Part shown: positions 38,576 to 49,771 of the stretch, piece by piece
Position numbering within the stretch: position 1 is the first letter of the stretch
Layout of the letters: each line of letters begins with the position of its first letter
Assembly: GCA_977862235.1 (NCBI GenBank)
Contig: OZ374560.1
Location: 992,001-1,056,000 of the forward strand
From: Dudresnaya verticillata
Lineage: Eukaryota
Direction: 5' to 3'
DNA length: 64,000 nt
Made by a program: the position numbers and the translations under genes
The notes under the pieces: generated by a model
What the model saw: the letters and a program-made list of their open reading frames with translations, nothing else
Database searches by the model: none
Told to the model about the DNA's origin: nothing

Positions 38576-39347
38576 TGTAGTATAGCTGTCAGCACACTAT
38601 CAGCAGCGGCTGTAAGGTATGTTGGCAGCCCCGCACTGCAATGGTACAAACGATGACGCCCGCTGGCGAGTCGTGGTTGGGCAGCGTGCCCTTAGTTTTT
38701 TCGTTGATTTAATAGCGGTCGACCGCATTTCTGCCGGCAGCGGCCGCGCGCCGTGCCGCACATGGCGCGCCCCAGTGACGCTCTCCGGCATCGAGCCGTT
38801 GAGAGGGCCGCTGCCCGTTACGCCCCGCGCGCGCTCACGGGTAGCCGTTACCCGGACGTGTCGACACGTGTATGGGCGCGCTCGCACACCTCCTGCGTTG
38901 GTGTTGTGGGGCGCACCTACTGTAGAGTAGCCGTAGTGTACATAGCGTAGGGCATTAAAGGCCGTCTGCCATCGACGGCTCAGTAAACCGGGCAAGCAAC
39001 AGCTCGCGCTGAAGCTTGCCCCCAGCCTCTTCGGGTTCGATCCCTTTGCCTTACGCCAACGGGTGGTTTCCCTTTTCCCCCTTGCCTCGCTAGGCTTTTC
39101 CCCTTTCCTTTTCCTTTCCGTCGGCTTCGTGACGCCCTTCGACAGGGACGCTCGGATTCGGCCGCTGCCTACCCGCGTACGGTACGCCCCTTGCGCGCTC
39201 CGAAATCGACGCTGTCGATCCGCACCTGCGGGGCGCACGCGGCCGACACCGCTCTACCAACCACAACAGCTACCCATCGACGGGTCTGTGTGGCAGCTTC
39301 GGACCAGCAAGTATTAGACGTCGGATCGACCCGACGTCTATACTACA
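38576..39347 (+). repeat. Solo LTR (772 bp)
   Basis: 10-bp terminal IR TGTAGTATAG/CTATACTACA; the 3' half is homologous, inverted, to 39532-39900; TSD degenerate (ATATC/ATTGC). Strand is inferred. Confidence 0.7.
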
Positions 39348-39531
39348 ATTGCAACAGAATTCTGGTACAGAAAAGCTTACGCACCTTCGGAATTCTATAC
39401 TGCATGAGTGTTATAGTTCGACAGTCCTACTAGTCCTAAACCTATTCTCGCAACGGGTGGCGATCTTCCACCTTGAAAGCCCTTTGCAAGTTTCACCCGC
39501 TCCTCCAGCATGCCGCGACGCTCTACCTTGG

Positions 39532-40367
39532 TGTGGCATAGACGTCAGGTCGAACTGACGTCTAGCGCGGCCGGTCTTGTAGTCGCATCCAGACCCGTCG
39601 AAGGGTGGTAGCGGTGGTGGTAGAGCGGTCATGTCGGCCGCCCGCGCCGTCGACGGTCGCGGATCAACGGCGTCGAAGCCTGATCGCGCACGGGGCGGAC
39701 CGTACGCGGGCGGAAACAGCTGGATCCCTGCGTCCCTGTCGTGGGCCGGCACGAAGCCGACGGTAGGGAAAGGAAAAGGAAAACCTAGGCGGTTAGGGAA
39801 AGAGGGAAGCCGTAGGGCGAAGGACTGGGAAAGAAACCCAAAACAGAAAGGGGCAAGCATCACGTAGGCTGGCTTCCCTTGTTTACTCAAGCACAGAGGG
39901 GCGACTACTAAATATACTACAGGGCCTGTGGCGGCACCAACCCGGGAGGTGCGCCAGCGCGCCCCGACACGCGTCGACGCGTACGAGTAACGGTAACCCG
40001 GGGGCGCGCGTGGACGAAACGGTCCACACGTACTAAACGGCGGACGCCAGAGTACGCGCGCGCGTGTCACGCACTCAACGCCTCTACACCGGAGTGCGTG
40101 CACATGGCGCGCGGAACAGCAGGGCGTTCGACCGCCGCTTACACTAGACAGTGCTGTACACTACACAAAAATAAACGTAGAAATTACATGGGAGTTTCAG
40201 TGTCACACTCGTACACGTGCACGCGCGGGCGCTACAGCTCACGTCCTTACAGTTCAGCGGGGCTTCGGCGCCACCGGCTTACAGCGTGCGCACAGCGGTG
40301 CACAAGTGGCGCAGCTGGTCTTACAGCTGCGCTTGCGTGGCACAGCTGGTCTTACAGCTATGCCACA
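39532..40367 (-). repeat. Solo LTR (836 bp)
   Basis: TGTGGCATAG/CTATGCCACA terminal IR and perfect TSD CTTGG. Strand is inferred. Confidence 0.9.
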
Positions 40368-40499
40368 CTTGGCACACCACACAAAGCGAAATGCACATCA
40401 CTGTCACACGCGCTGGCGCATTATGTTGATGAAACTACTTGAGCACCGAGAGTAGGGCGTCTTCATGAGCCCACTCTGCTCGAAAAGGCCTTCAAAGTC

Positions 40500-41527
40500 T
40501 ATCGCAGCCACAGCCACAACCTCAACGGCTTTGTTATTCGCAACTCACTAATCGCAACAACATCCTTCTCTGACGTTTTCAGTAGCCTAAGTGACCACGC
40601 CTGTCAATCGCATTTCAGGTTTCTCAAGGCGGATGTGGTAAAGCTATCTTCTGTTATCTGTACAAGAGCGTCTTCCTATACTACTGAGCGCAACAGATAT
40701 TCCTCGTCACCCTTACTGACTACCTTATCGTTCTGGGCCGTCTAGCTACGCCTTACAGATGGACGGACCGTGAAATGTTTTACCGCAATCATTCGTCGCA
40801 TCTCAGCGAGATCTTCTGGGAGAGCATCGATGAATTTCTCGACACCTACGAGCATCTAGTAACCGGGACTCTTCATGCCCCTTACATAAAACAACGGGCG
40901 GCAGCACATTCACAAGCTATAGAAGGGGGCCCTTCTGTGCTTAGCAACTGCATTGGCTTCATCGACGGAGCCGCAATCAAGATAGCAAGGCCAAGCAACT
41001 ACGAGTTGCAGAATGTGGTTTACAACGGGCACAAGCGGACTCATGCTCTAAAGTATCAGGCTGTAGTTTGTCCTGATGGTATTATAGTGCATGCCCATGG
41101 CCCCGTAGAAGGTCGTCGCCACGACTGGATACTATACAGCAGGTCTGAGTTAGATGAGCAGCTGGAAGTTGTGCTGGAGGTAGACGGCGTGCAGTACTGC
41201 ATCTACGGCGACAGCGGATAAAAACCCACGCATGTACCTCCAAGTACCGTTTCAAGGTGCTCATTTGTCGGCTGCAGAGGCAGGCTTCAACACGCCTATG
41301 TCAACTGGCCGCATAACCGTAGAGTGGATCTTCAAGGAGGTGAAGCTCTACTGGATAACGGTTCATCTTCGCCGCAAGATGCGCGTTCTACAAGCGCCAG
41401 TGGGTGCCCTGTACATGACTGCGATACTACTGTTGAACGTCCGTACATGTTTATACGGCAATCAGGTGTCCTCATACTTCAGGTGCCCCCGCCTTCTTTG
41501 CAAACATACTTGAACTCTCTTGGATAG
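40500..41527 (+). pseudogene. Harbinger (HARBI1/DDE_Tnp_4-like) transposase, disrupted; start approximate
   Basis: HFRFLK, CIGFIDG, YNGHKRTHALKYQAVVCPDG, GPVEGRRHD, YGDSG, RITVEWIF. Confidence 0.92.
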
Positions 41528-41542
41528 TCTTGGAGCCAATGG

Positions 41543-42568
41543 TCAAGACTCCGCGAAGAGTGCAAAGTCCGTAGCGGCGAAGGCGCGAGGAACAAGCGCC
41601 AAGGCACGAAGGGCTTGCCGCGGAGTCTTGATCCTTTGAGGGCCCGGAGGGAGCTGCGGACTGTCCGTCACGGAAAAGCTCGAGCATTTTATGATGATGT
41701 TATTAAGGGGAAACTTCTGCAGCTCCAGTTTGGCAGCCTCCGCGCGAACCTTTTTGCGCTCCTCCCTATCCATGGCACGCTCTAGTTTCTCAGCCTCAAA
41801 CCGTTCTTTTCAAGCTCCAACCGCTCGCTTCCCAGTTGATGTCGACGGGCATCACCCTGTGCGAGCGCTTCAGTAAATTCTGCAGCTTCTTCGTCCACAA
41901 CGCAAACATCTGTTTCGGAGCTCCTTCGTGGCTTCTTCGCAGAGGATTGCGCACAATACACAGTACTGGCATCGTTTTCCAGCTCTCTGTCCTTCCTCTT
42001 TCCTTCCCGCCGCTTTGTCGCGCGTTGCCTGATGAAGGCGCCGAACCTCTCCTTCTTCTCCTCCTCCTCAACCTTCTTCCTCCTTCGTTCGTTCTTCGCC
42101 TCCAGCATGTCATCCCGTACCTATTTCATCATTCCAAGGAGCGCTTCCATTTCCCCTACCTCGCCTCCCACATCGCTCATCCTAGCTTCCATGCCGTCGT
42201 ACTTTTCAAACCGCTCTTGTAGTCTCTGGTAACGGTCTTGCACAGATTTCCACGTGACGCTAACAGAAAGACGTTCTGTTGCGTTCGATTTCGATGCAGC
42301 CACCTCAAAACGCTCCCGCGTTTGTCCGTTCGGAGCAATGTGGGCCTTCACCGCTGCCACCTCTCGCACCAGGAGCCAGTCATCGTCCTTGTTGAAAGCG
42401 GGACCAACGACCGCTGTGTCCTGGTTTACGCGCAGTTTTGGCAGCGGGAGCAGAATCGGGTGACGCAGTGAGCGTAGCTGGAGGAGGAGGGATGGAAGAT
42501 GTGATCTCCGGAACGAAAAGCGCCGCGGCGTCGCGGTTGAGGATGGGGGTTGTGTCTGGGGAAGGCAT
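41543..42568 (-). pseudogene. Harbinger ORF2, Myb/SANT-like DNA-binding protein with charged coiled-coil tail, disrupted
   Basis: REVAAVKAH...TWKSVQDRYQRL and E/K/R-rich C-terminal pieces; convergent with the transposase, as expected for Harbinger. Confidence 0.75.
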
Positions 42569-44062
42569 TGGAGTAGGGATTGGAAGACCTTCGGACTATA
42601 ACTTCACAAAGCCCGGGAAGAAGTCGTCGTGTGAGCTGTCCATGGTGGGTCGGAAGGGATGTTGGACTTAACGCAAGCCGAAGATGTTGTGGCCTAGCGG
42701 TTTCGGAATCCCCCAGCTACGAGTGCCAGTTTCCCCACCAAATAGCGCCAAAAGCGGGTCTCACGCAGCTGCACTATTTCCGCATATTTCAGGCAAGATA
42801 CTCACGCCGTTGTGTGCCGGTTCTTTTCTCTGGTGCAATGTGTGCGACGTGTATCTCCATTTTATCTCATATTTTTGTGAAGCTCCGGTGCGCAAAATCC
42901 CTATTCCCTGCGCAAAAATTCAGTCCGTCCGTCCCGAATGAAACTGCCGCTGCGCCGTTCCCGAGTGGACCGCTGGACCGCTGGACCGTTGGACCGTGCA
43001 ACGCGGCCTGTCACAGGCCTCATCACCTTCCCAATCTTTCGGTTTCCGCCCAGAAAAGAGGCTTAAGAGTCCAATACAGTATTCTCAGTCATACCGTTGT
43101 CTCTATGCAAAACCTCTGCGCTACCATCGCCTCCCAAATTCTCGCTCTAACCTTCTAAACAGCGCCTCATGATCTGCCTGACTGCGCTAAAACTAGGTTA
43201 GTCGCAGCAACCAGTGCCACTACACATACACTGCCGCTTCTTTCTCGTACCTACACGCACTTTGTATATGTCTATGTCATTCCACATCGCCCTGAATCCA
43301 CTGCGCACTCCGTCCGTGTGCATCTGCCGCTCCTTCCGTCACACATCTTAACATGGCCACTGCGCAGTTGTCCCGTTTCCACTGTGCCGTTGAGGCCACC
43401 TGCTACACATTTCTGCTGCGCAATAAACAAACGGCGAACTTGAAAATCTTCCACCCGACCCTACTGGGTTCCGGGAACGACCACTCCTCATTGCCAGCAT
43501 TCTACAGCACAAAGCCTGTCGTACCTAATCGCCGGAATGGCAAAGCCCTCCCAGTAGATACCTGCTGTTCTACATCTCCCCCGAATCCCTGCAACGAAGT
43601 CACTACCTACAAATATTGTAACTATTACAACTAACACAAAACACAACACATAACACGACTCCTTTTTATCTCCTCGCTTTCAGAACTTTACAAAACCAGC
43701 CAACCAACTGATGTTGCCACCTATGGGACGCGATCTCCCTGAGACCGTTCTGCACCTACGTCCTCGCAAGCGAGCGTTTTTGTGCGAAATACACTCACCC
43801 AGAGTGCACTTTGATAGAGCTAGAGTATACAAGCTGACATATCAAAGTGGAAGGCAGAATTCTGACGCAAGGCCCAAATTCGCCACCAGGCGTCGGGTCT
43901 ATCAAACTGAGGTCACGAACTGCGGATCGACGCAACGTTCAAAATAAAACTCCTGCTTCCAGTGTTTGAGCCTCAGCTCACCATACGGGTCGTGCGCATT
44001 CTTTGTCTCCCCCTCCGTCGACAGCAGCGAAGACCTTGCTTTCGAACAAGTCAGGGTGTGGA

Positions 44063-44370
44063 TGTTAATCCGCTAGCGCCGTAGTTGGAGGAAACACCCC
44101 GACGGCGGGGTGATTTACTGAGGTGGCGCCGGCAAGGCGCACGACCGCAGTTTGCAAACAATATTCCTCTACCCAACCTCCCCGCCCAGCTAGCCTGGTA
44201 GTCGGGGGACTTATACAAAATGACAGTCTAGACTTGCGGCGCACGCCGATAACCCCGGGCACCTTGCGAGGTCACCCGAGGTGCAGAGACACCAACCGAT
44301 AGTTTGGTGGCCCAGCCGGGTTGCGACAGATGTAAAAGCCCTATTGGCCTGCCTCCTGAAACGTTCTACA
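44063..44370 (-). repeat. Probable 3' LTR (about 308 bp) of the third Copia
   Basis: On the minus strand, the RNase H stop is followed by AGTCCGGGGAG and then TGTAGAACG; candidate end ...ATTAACA. Confidence 0.55.
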
Positions 44371-44381
44371 CTCCCCGGACT

Positions 44382-46445
44382 CTACTTCCGAGCGAGGTTA
44401 CCCCGGACGACCCACTGCTCGACGGGGGTATCGTCAACTCCGTTCGATAACAGTGCTTCAAGCGGTTTGCACGTCTTCGGCTTAGTGAGAACATCTGCGA
44501 TATTGAATTCGCCGCGCACGAACCCGATACTTGATACCTCATGCGCGTTGTAGGATTAACGAACGGCGGCGACGTCAATCATTAGGCGTCACTCTTTCGT
44601 CCTTGAGCCCTTGGTTACCACGTCAAAAATCTGTCGAGAGTCTGTGCGCATCTGCAGCGGTATGTGACGATTCAACATTCGTTGGAGGTCATGACGCAGC
44701 ATGAATGCGCTGCCAAAGCCTTCTGTGAAAGCATACAGCTCAGCTCCCAAGATAGACCTTACAACTCGTTTGCACTTTCTGCTCGAGTAGTCTGGGACGT
44801 GTCCCGGTTTTGGTCATCACATAATAGGATGATGAATCGCAGTTGGGAGCTACAGTCCGTGTTGGTCGCAAAGGACACGTCTTTGTAAGCACGGATGTGT
44901 AGAGTATGCTCATCAAGGGGTCCGTAGCTCAAGCATTGATCCGCAGTTGCTTTCAGTTTCTTCACGACTTTGATAAACTCCTTAATTACCTCGATCCCGA
45001 AGAGCTTTTCAGTAACCTGAGCAGCCTTGTTGATATAGCAGCATACATCTGGACGGGTATGAGAGACCCAAGCCAGTGATGCTCTCGCGCTCCGGAAGTC
45101 CTTGAAGGATGCTTCTACCGGTAAGGCCATCAAGTTCCGAATGTAGGTCGACTGTTCGATTGTTCGCCTACCCTCTTCATGCAGTTCGATTTGAACTCCA
45201 TAGAAAGAAGAGCTATCGAAGCTTCTTGGATTTGACTTGAACCTTTCAACCATTCGCTCTGTCAGCGATAGGAATGATTCATTCCCGATGCCCAATGAGT
45301 CATCAACGTAGATTCCAAGCATTCCAGTAACGTTTTCTCTGGCCTCATCGCTTGGTTCCGTATGGACGAACACAGCGGCGTCCCCTTCCAAAGGTTCCAT
45401 CTCGAATTCACTTTCCACGAACCTAGTGTAGGTTTGTTGCCAGTAATCCCCGGAGTCACATAGGCGATACAGGGGGCGTAGAAGCTTGAGCGCTTCGTCT
45501 TCGTGCAGGCGGAAGTACTGTCGGTCTCGTTTCTGTCGGATAAGGTATACCTCTCGCTGTAAAGGTTCGTCGCTCTGTAGGTAGGCTTGAGTCACGTCGG
45601 GGCTGAACATCCTGTACCCCTTAACTGCAGAGAAGGAAACGATGAGTCGGGTATACCGCTGCTGCATTGGCAAGCTATTGTGCACGGGCGTTCCATTTTC
45701 GGCGTCTTTGTGTCCTTGGACGAGAAACCTTGCCTTATGCCTTTCTTTATCGGTCCCAGAATCCTTTATAGCAAGTGCGAAACGACCACGACGGACATTA
45801 GCACCAATTGGTAGTTGCTCCTTCTTCACAGGGGTCCAGGTTGATAGAGCCTCTAGTCGTAGATATCCTTCTGCTTTGCCCTCTCGAACTCCTGTGAGTT
45901 ACCTCGCGGGTCTCCTATCTCAAGACGTTCGGTCAGATAGGTCGGTAGCTCTACACCGTCGCTTGAGGCGGTGTCGTTGATGGTGGCGACGAATTCGCTG
46001 GGATAGATTTGGTCACTAAGCGTGGTGTGCTAGAGTTGCTGTTGCGATGTGGCCTGGAGTTCAAGTGGGTTCATAGCACTGCTCGATGGTCTTGCAGTAC
46101 TATTATTCGGGTTTTCGACGGCAGTAGGTGATACACTCTGTGACGTGGGCGTATTGTAGTGTTTGACCTTAGTGACCGAGAACGTCTTCAGCTCTCCCTT
46201 GATCTCTAAGTCAACCATCTTTTCCCGTACAGCAACCACTTGGAATGGCCCAAACCATTGTCCATTCGACCTCTTGAGTGCCTCTCGGTACACTAATACT
46301 TCGTCTCCGGCACGAATGTCTCGGACAGTGGCGACAGGGACGTTGGAACGCAGGGATGTGTTCACCCTTCTCTTTGTCACTAGCTTGAACATCTCTGACC
46401 GTGCGTCCTTCATAGCCTTCACCCTCTCTTCCTGAGCTGGGTGGT
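44382..46445 (-). pseudogene. pol: Third Ty1/Copia pol fragment (integrase C-terminus, RT, RNase H), 5'-truncated and decayed
   Basis: KARFLVQGH, DVTQAYLQS, RPLYRLCDSG, GIYVDD, HTRPDV, RLMIDV, NIADVLTK. Confidence 0.9.
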
Positions 46446-46504
46446 GTTGTGTGACTGAGGCGTTTTAAGTAGTCCAAATTGTTCTTCTTGGAACGCCGAG
46501 CCAT

Positions 46505-46779
46505 TTATTCCGGGTTCACACCCACACTCGTGCGAATACTCTGCCAAGAGGAGTTGGAGATGTCAGCCCCTTTGTTTTCCAGCAACTCCTTGGCATGTTG
46601 GAATACATTTTGAAGACGATACTGCTTCTCAGTAGTTGCGCTGAGAACACCGGGATCAACGCAGTAACCTTCGGACTCCAAATGATGGTAAGCATTTACT
46701 AATTGTTTAGGGTGGTCCCCCACGGGCAACTAAGACCCATTAGCAGGCGCACCAGCACAAAGTGCCAGATAAGCAAAGA
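46505..46779 (-). pseudogene. Probable downstream part of the unknown ORF interrupted by the LINE
   Basis: Reads FAYLALCAG...PVGDHPKQL, plausibly continuing ...VLFLSAF at 51987. Confidence 0.4.
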
Positions 46780-46799
46780 GTTATACGCAACGAAGGGGG

Positions 46800-49771
46800 C
46801 TAATCGGCGTCGATGGTTCTGGACACGGATTGGAGATCAGCTGCAGTAGGGTGGAGGGACGATAGTGTGCGAAGGGCTTGGGTGTGGGTGCGCAGTAAGC
46901 TGCGTTTGGTCGGACACGAGGGGGGAATTGGGAACGTACAAAGGTGCCAACGGATGGCCAAAAGCCGGCCGCGGTGATCTGGAAGCATGAGGGCCAGCAC
47001 AAACTGGGACGGGGAAGGGGCAGCAGGGCGACTCCCGTGTAGAGCTACCTGCCATTCCAACGAGCATTGGGCCAGCAACGCCGAGCGTGACAGCGGGTTT
47101 TGTAGTGCTTTGTATAGCGCAGGGAAATGGTGGAGGGCGTGGAGTGTCTGTCGAGCTTGCCAACCGGGAGGAGAAGAGTTCTTTGACCGGCAGTGCAGGG
47201 CGGTAAGGAGTTGGTGCTGCAGCGCTCGTTGGCGAAGAAGCGGTGGCTCGATGCGAAAGAGCGCTCGGAACTTCCTCAGTCGCGTGCGCGACATGCGGGT
47301 AGACGTTTTTGAAATGACCAGACGGAAGAACTCGGCATCTAGCTTGTCCAGAGCAGTTATGACGGCGTCGTTGTCTGTTGTGAGGGAACAGCCATGTTCG
47401 AAGGTCGAGCGGACAAATGACTTATACAGAAACTGGACTGCTCTAGCGGGCATCTTCGAAGAGACAAAACCGAGTGCCGCAAGTGACCGCAAGGTCTTTG
47501 TCGCAGCGAGGATTCTTTTCAGTACAGTAGCAACACCAGCACCGTCAGGGGTGATATCAACGCCAAGGTAACGAGTCACAGCGCGGTGCGGGATGTTAAT
47601 ACCGTTGAGGCGGAACAAAGAAGAGGTTGGGCGACTGCGGTGGCACGTTGGCAGGATGACGGCGCATTTTGGGACCGACCAGGTCATCCCATATCACCTA
47701 CCCCAGTCTCGGCAGACCTCCAGAGCCTTGCGGAGTTCATATGCTGAACTGAGGTGCAAGAGGGAATCATCGGCGAAAAACGCCCAGGGAGGCGAGCATC
47801 TGAGCGACTGAGCTTCTCACACAAAGAGTATGCAAGCGTGTCTATGAAAAGGTTGAAGAGTACAGGGCGAAGTGGAGAGCCTTGGACAACACCACGGCGT
47901 ATCTGTGCAAATATGGAGGTAGCACCTCCAGCAGTGTGTACCGTAAGTTCGCTGAGAATTGCGTTAATCATGACAAACACGTGAGGTGGGAGACGGTCTT
48001 TGCACAGCTGTAAGAGGGTGTGTCTCTCAACCTGATCGTAGGCGCTCTTCAAATCTAGAACGGCGATGTAGTCGTCGCCCAGTGTCTGGGCGCCGAGGGT
48101 AAGAGCAACGGCCATGTCGGCACGCAAATGGGGCTGGAACCCTAGTTGAATGCAGTGGGGGGAGAAGACTGCTTCGACATCGTAGGCAATTGCGCGCTCG
48201 ATAACCTTGCGGAGGTGGGACAGCATGAAAAGCGGGCGGTAGTTAGATGGCACATGATGGGGTCCAGATTTGTGGACCGGGACTAGGACGCCAGATTTCC
48301 ATGCGTGGGGTATGATGCCAAATCGTTCGCAGCAGGTCCACAAGGCAAACAGAAGGTGTGTAGACAGGGCGGGACAGAGCTTTAGCATTTCTAAATGAGT
48401 GTTATCTGGACCAACTGCCTTCCCACTGGCCGCTGCGGAGATGGTGCGTGCGATGAGGGCCTTGAAAGAGAACGGGACGTAGAACTCGCTTGGCATTGGG
48501 GCGGGTGGCGTGGCATCCGGGGAGCGCATGTGCCTCGTGAAGCTTGCAGATGCAAGAGATGGGCGAGAAGCGGACAGCATGCGAAGTCGACGTTTCAGCT
48601 TCCGTTGTTGAGCGCGTATCGCGCGGGAGAGCTCGGAGTGGGGGCGTTGGAGAAGTTCTTGTTCAGAGCGTTCTTGCTGCTGCCGCTTGATGGTGCGCAC
48701 ACGGGAGTGGATGGCCCGCTGCAGGAAGCGGTACTCGGCTTCAGCAGCAGCCCGGAGCGGTTCGGATTTGGTTTGCTTCAAGCATCCGAATGCACGGCCT
48801 CTCTTTCTGCGAATATCGTCCAGCTCGAATGTCCAATGCGGCTTGAAGCATCGCGGATGTTGTGGGGCTACGTCTTTCCAAGGTTGGCACAGGATATCAG
48901 GGAGCTTGTCTAGGACGGCGTGGGCTTCGGCGGGGGTGGAGATATTGGCCAATGCAGCGATGAGCGGTGGGAACAAATCTTGGTAGCATTTGATGACCGC
49001 TCCGTGGTGCTTGGGGTTTGCCAGGGTTGTCTTGGTCACACGGTGGCGCGAGAGGGGTTCAAGTGTGTCGCCGGTTACTGGGAAGGGTGCTCTTGTGTGG
49101 AGGTTGACTGACACGGGGGCATGATCGCTGGCTCCATCCCAGGGGCCTTGCAGGATACCGGGCTGCAGGGTGTAGGTGTAGTTGGAAACGCACAGGTCGA
49201 TTGTGCTGTAGCCTGCAGTACCATTATTGCTGCGGAAGGTAAGTTGAGGGGGGGCGGCGACGGAGAAGGGATTATGGGAGCACCATGAGGCCAAGGCTTG
49301 GCCCCGTACGTTGCGGGTGGAGCACCAGGAGGGGTGGCGGGCATTCAAGTCACCCATAGGAAGTGTTTCACAAGAGGAACGAGCCTTTACCTGACGAAGA
49401 ATATCCAAGACCGTTTCTTGGTCGACACGTGGACTAATGTAGACCCCGATGATGTCACCAACGCCCGGCACATGGACGCAGATAAGTTGGTAGAGAGCAG
49501 GGTGTAGGGGAGAGGGAGGAAGCAGGGTATAGCGTAGGGAGGCGTGGATGGCTGGGTGGGTGACGACGGCAACGCCCCCGAGCCACGGGCCGCGGGTGGA
49601 TGCTCTGGCACCAGGGGCGTCGAAGGTAGGGTGAGGGAGCGAGAGGCAGGATAGCGGCGGAGCATGGGTTTCGGTTAGGATGAGAACGCTAGGGATGGCA
49701 GTGATAAGTAGATCCGTGACATCGGGGAGGGTGGATGACAGCCCAGCAACATTCCAAGTGGTAATGATCAT
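46800..49771 (-). pseudogene. LINE ORF2, APE endonuclease plus reverse transcriptase, frameshifted near 47690-47790
   Basis: TWNVAGL, LTETH, GDLNARH, TIDL, SDHAP; KAVGPD, NYRPL, QLGFQ, LDLKSAYDQV, GVVQGSPL, LFNLFID, RYLGV. Confidence 0.95.

Larger units (their letters stand above)
38504..42902 (+). mobile_element. PIF/Harbinger DNA transposon, boundaries tentative
   Basis: Convergent DDE transposase and Myb-like ORF. Degenerate TIR: AAAGAATTTACGCACATGGAACTTCAC versus the reverse complement of GTGAAGCTCCGGTGCGCAAAATCCCT. ATT flanks both ends. Confidence 0.6.

Noticed and set aside
40220..40367. CRISPR-like repeat-spacer pattern from the CAGCTGGTCTTACAGC repeats
   Set aside because: Short, irregular repeats inside an LTR of a eukaryotic region; no cas genes.
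42910..44060. Possible gene or element between the Harbinger and the third Copia
   Set aside because: No motif, terminal repeat or convincing ORF recognised.
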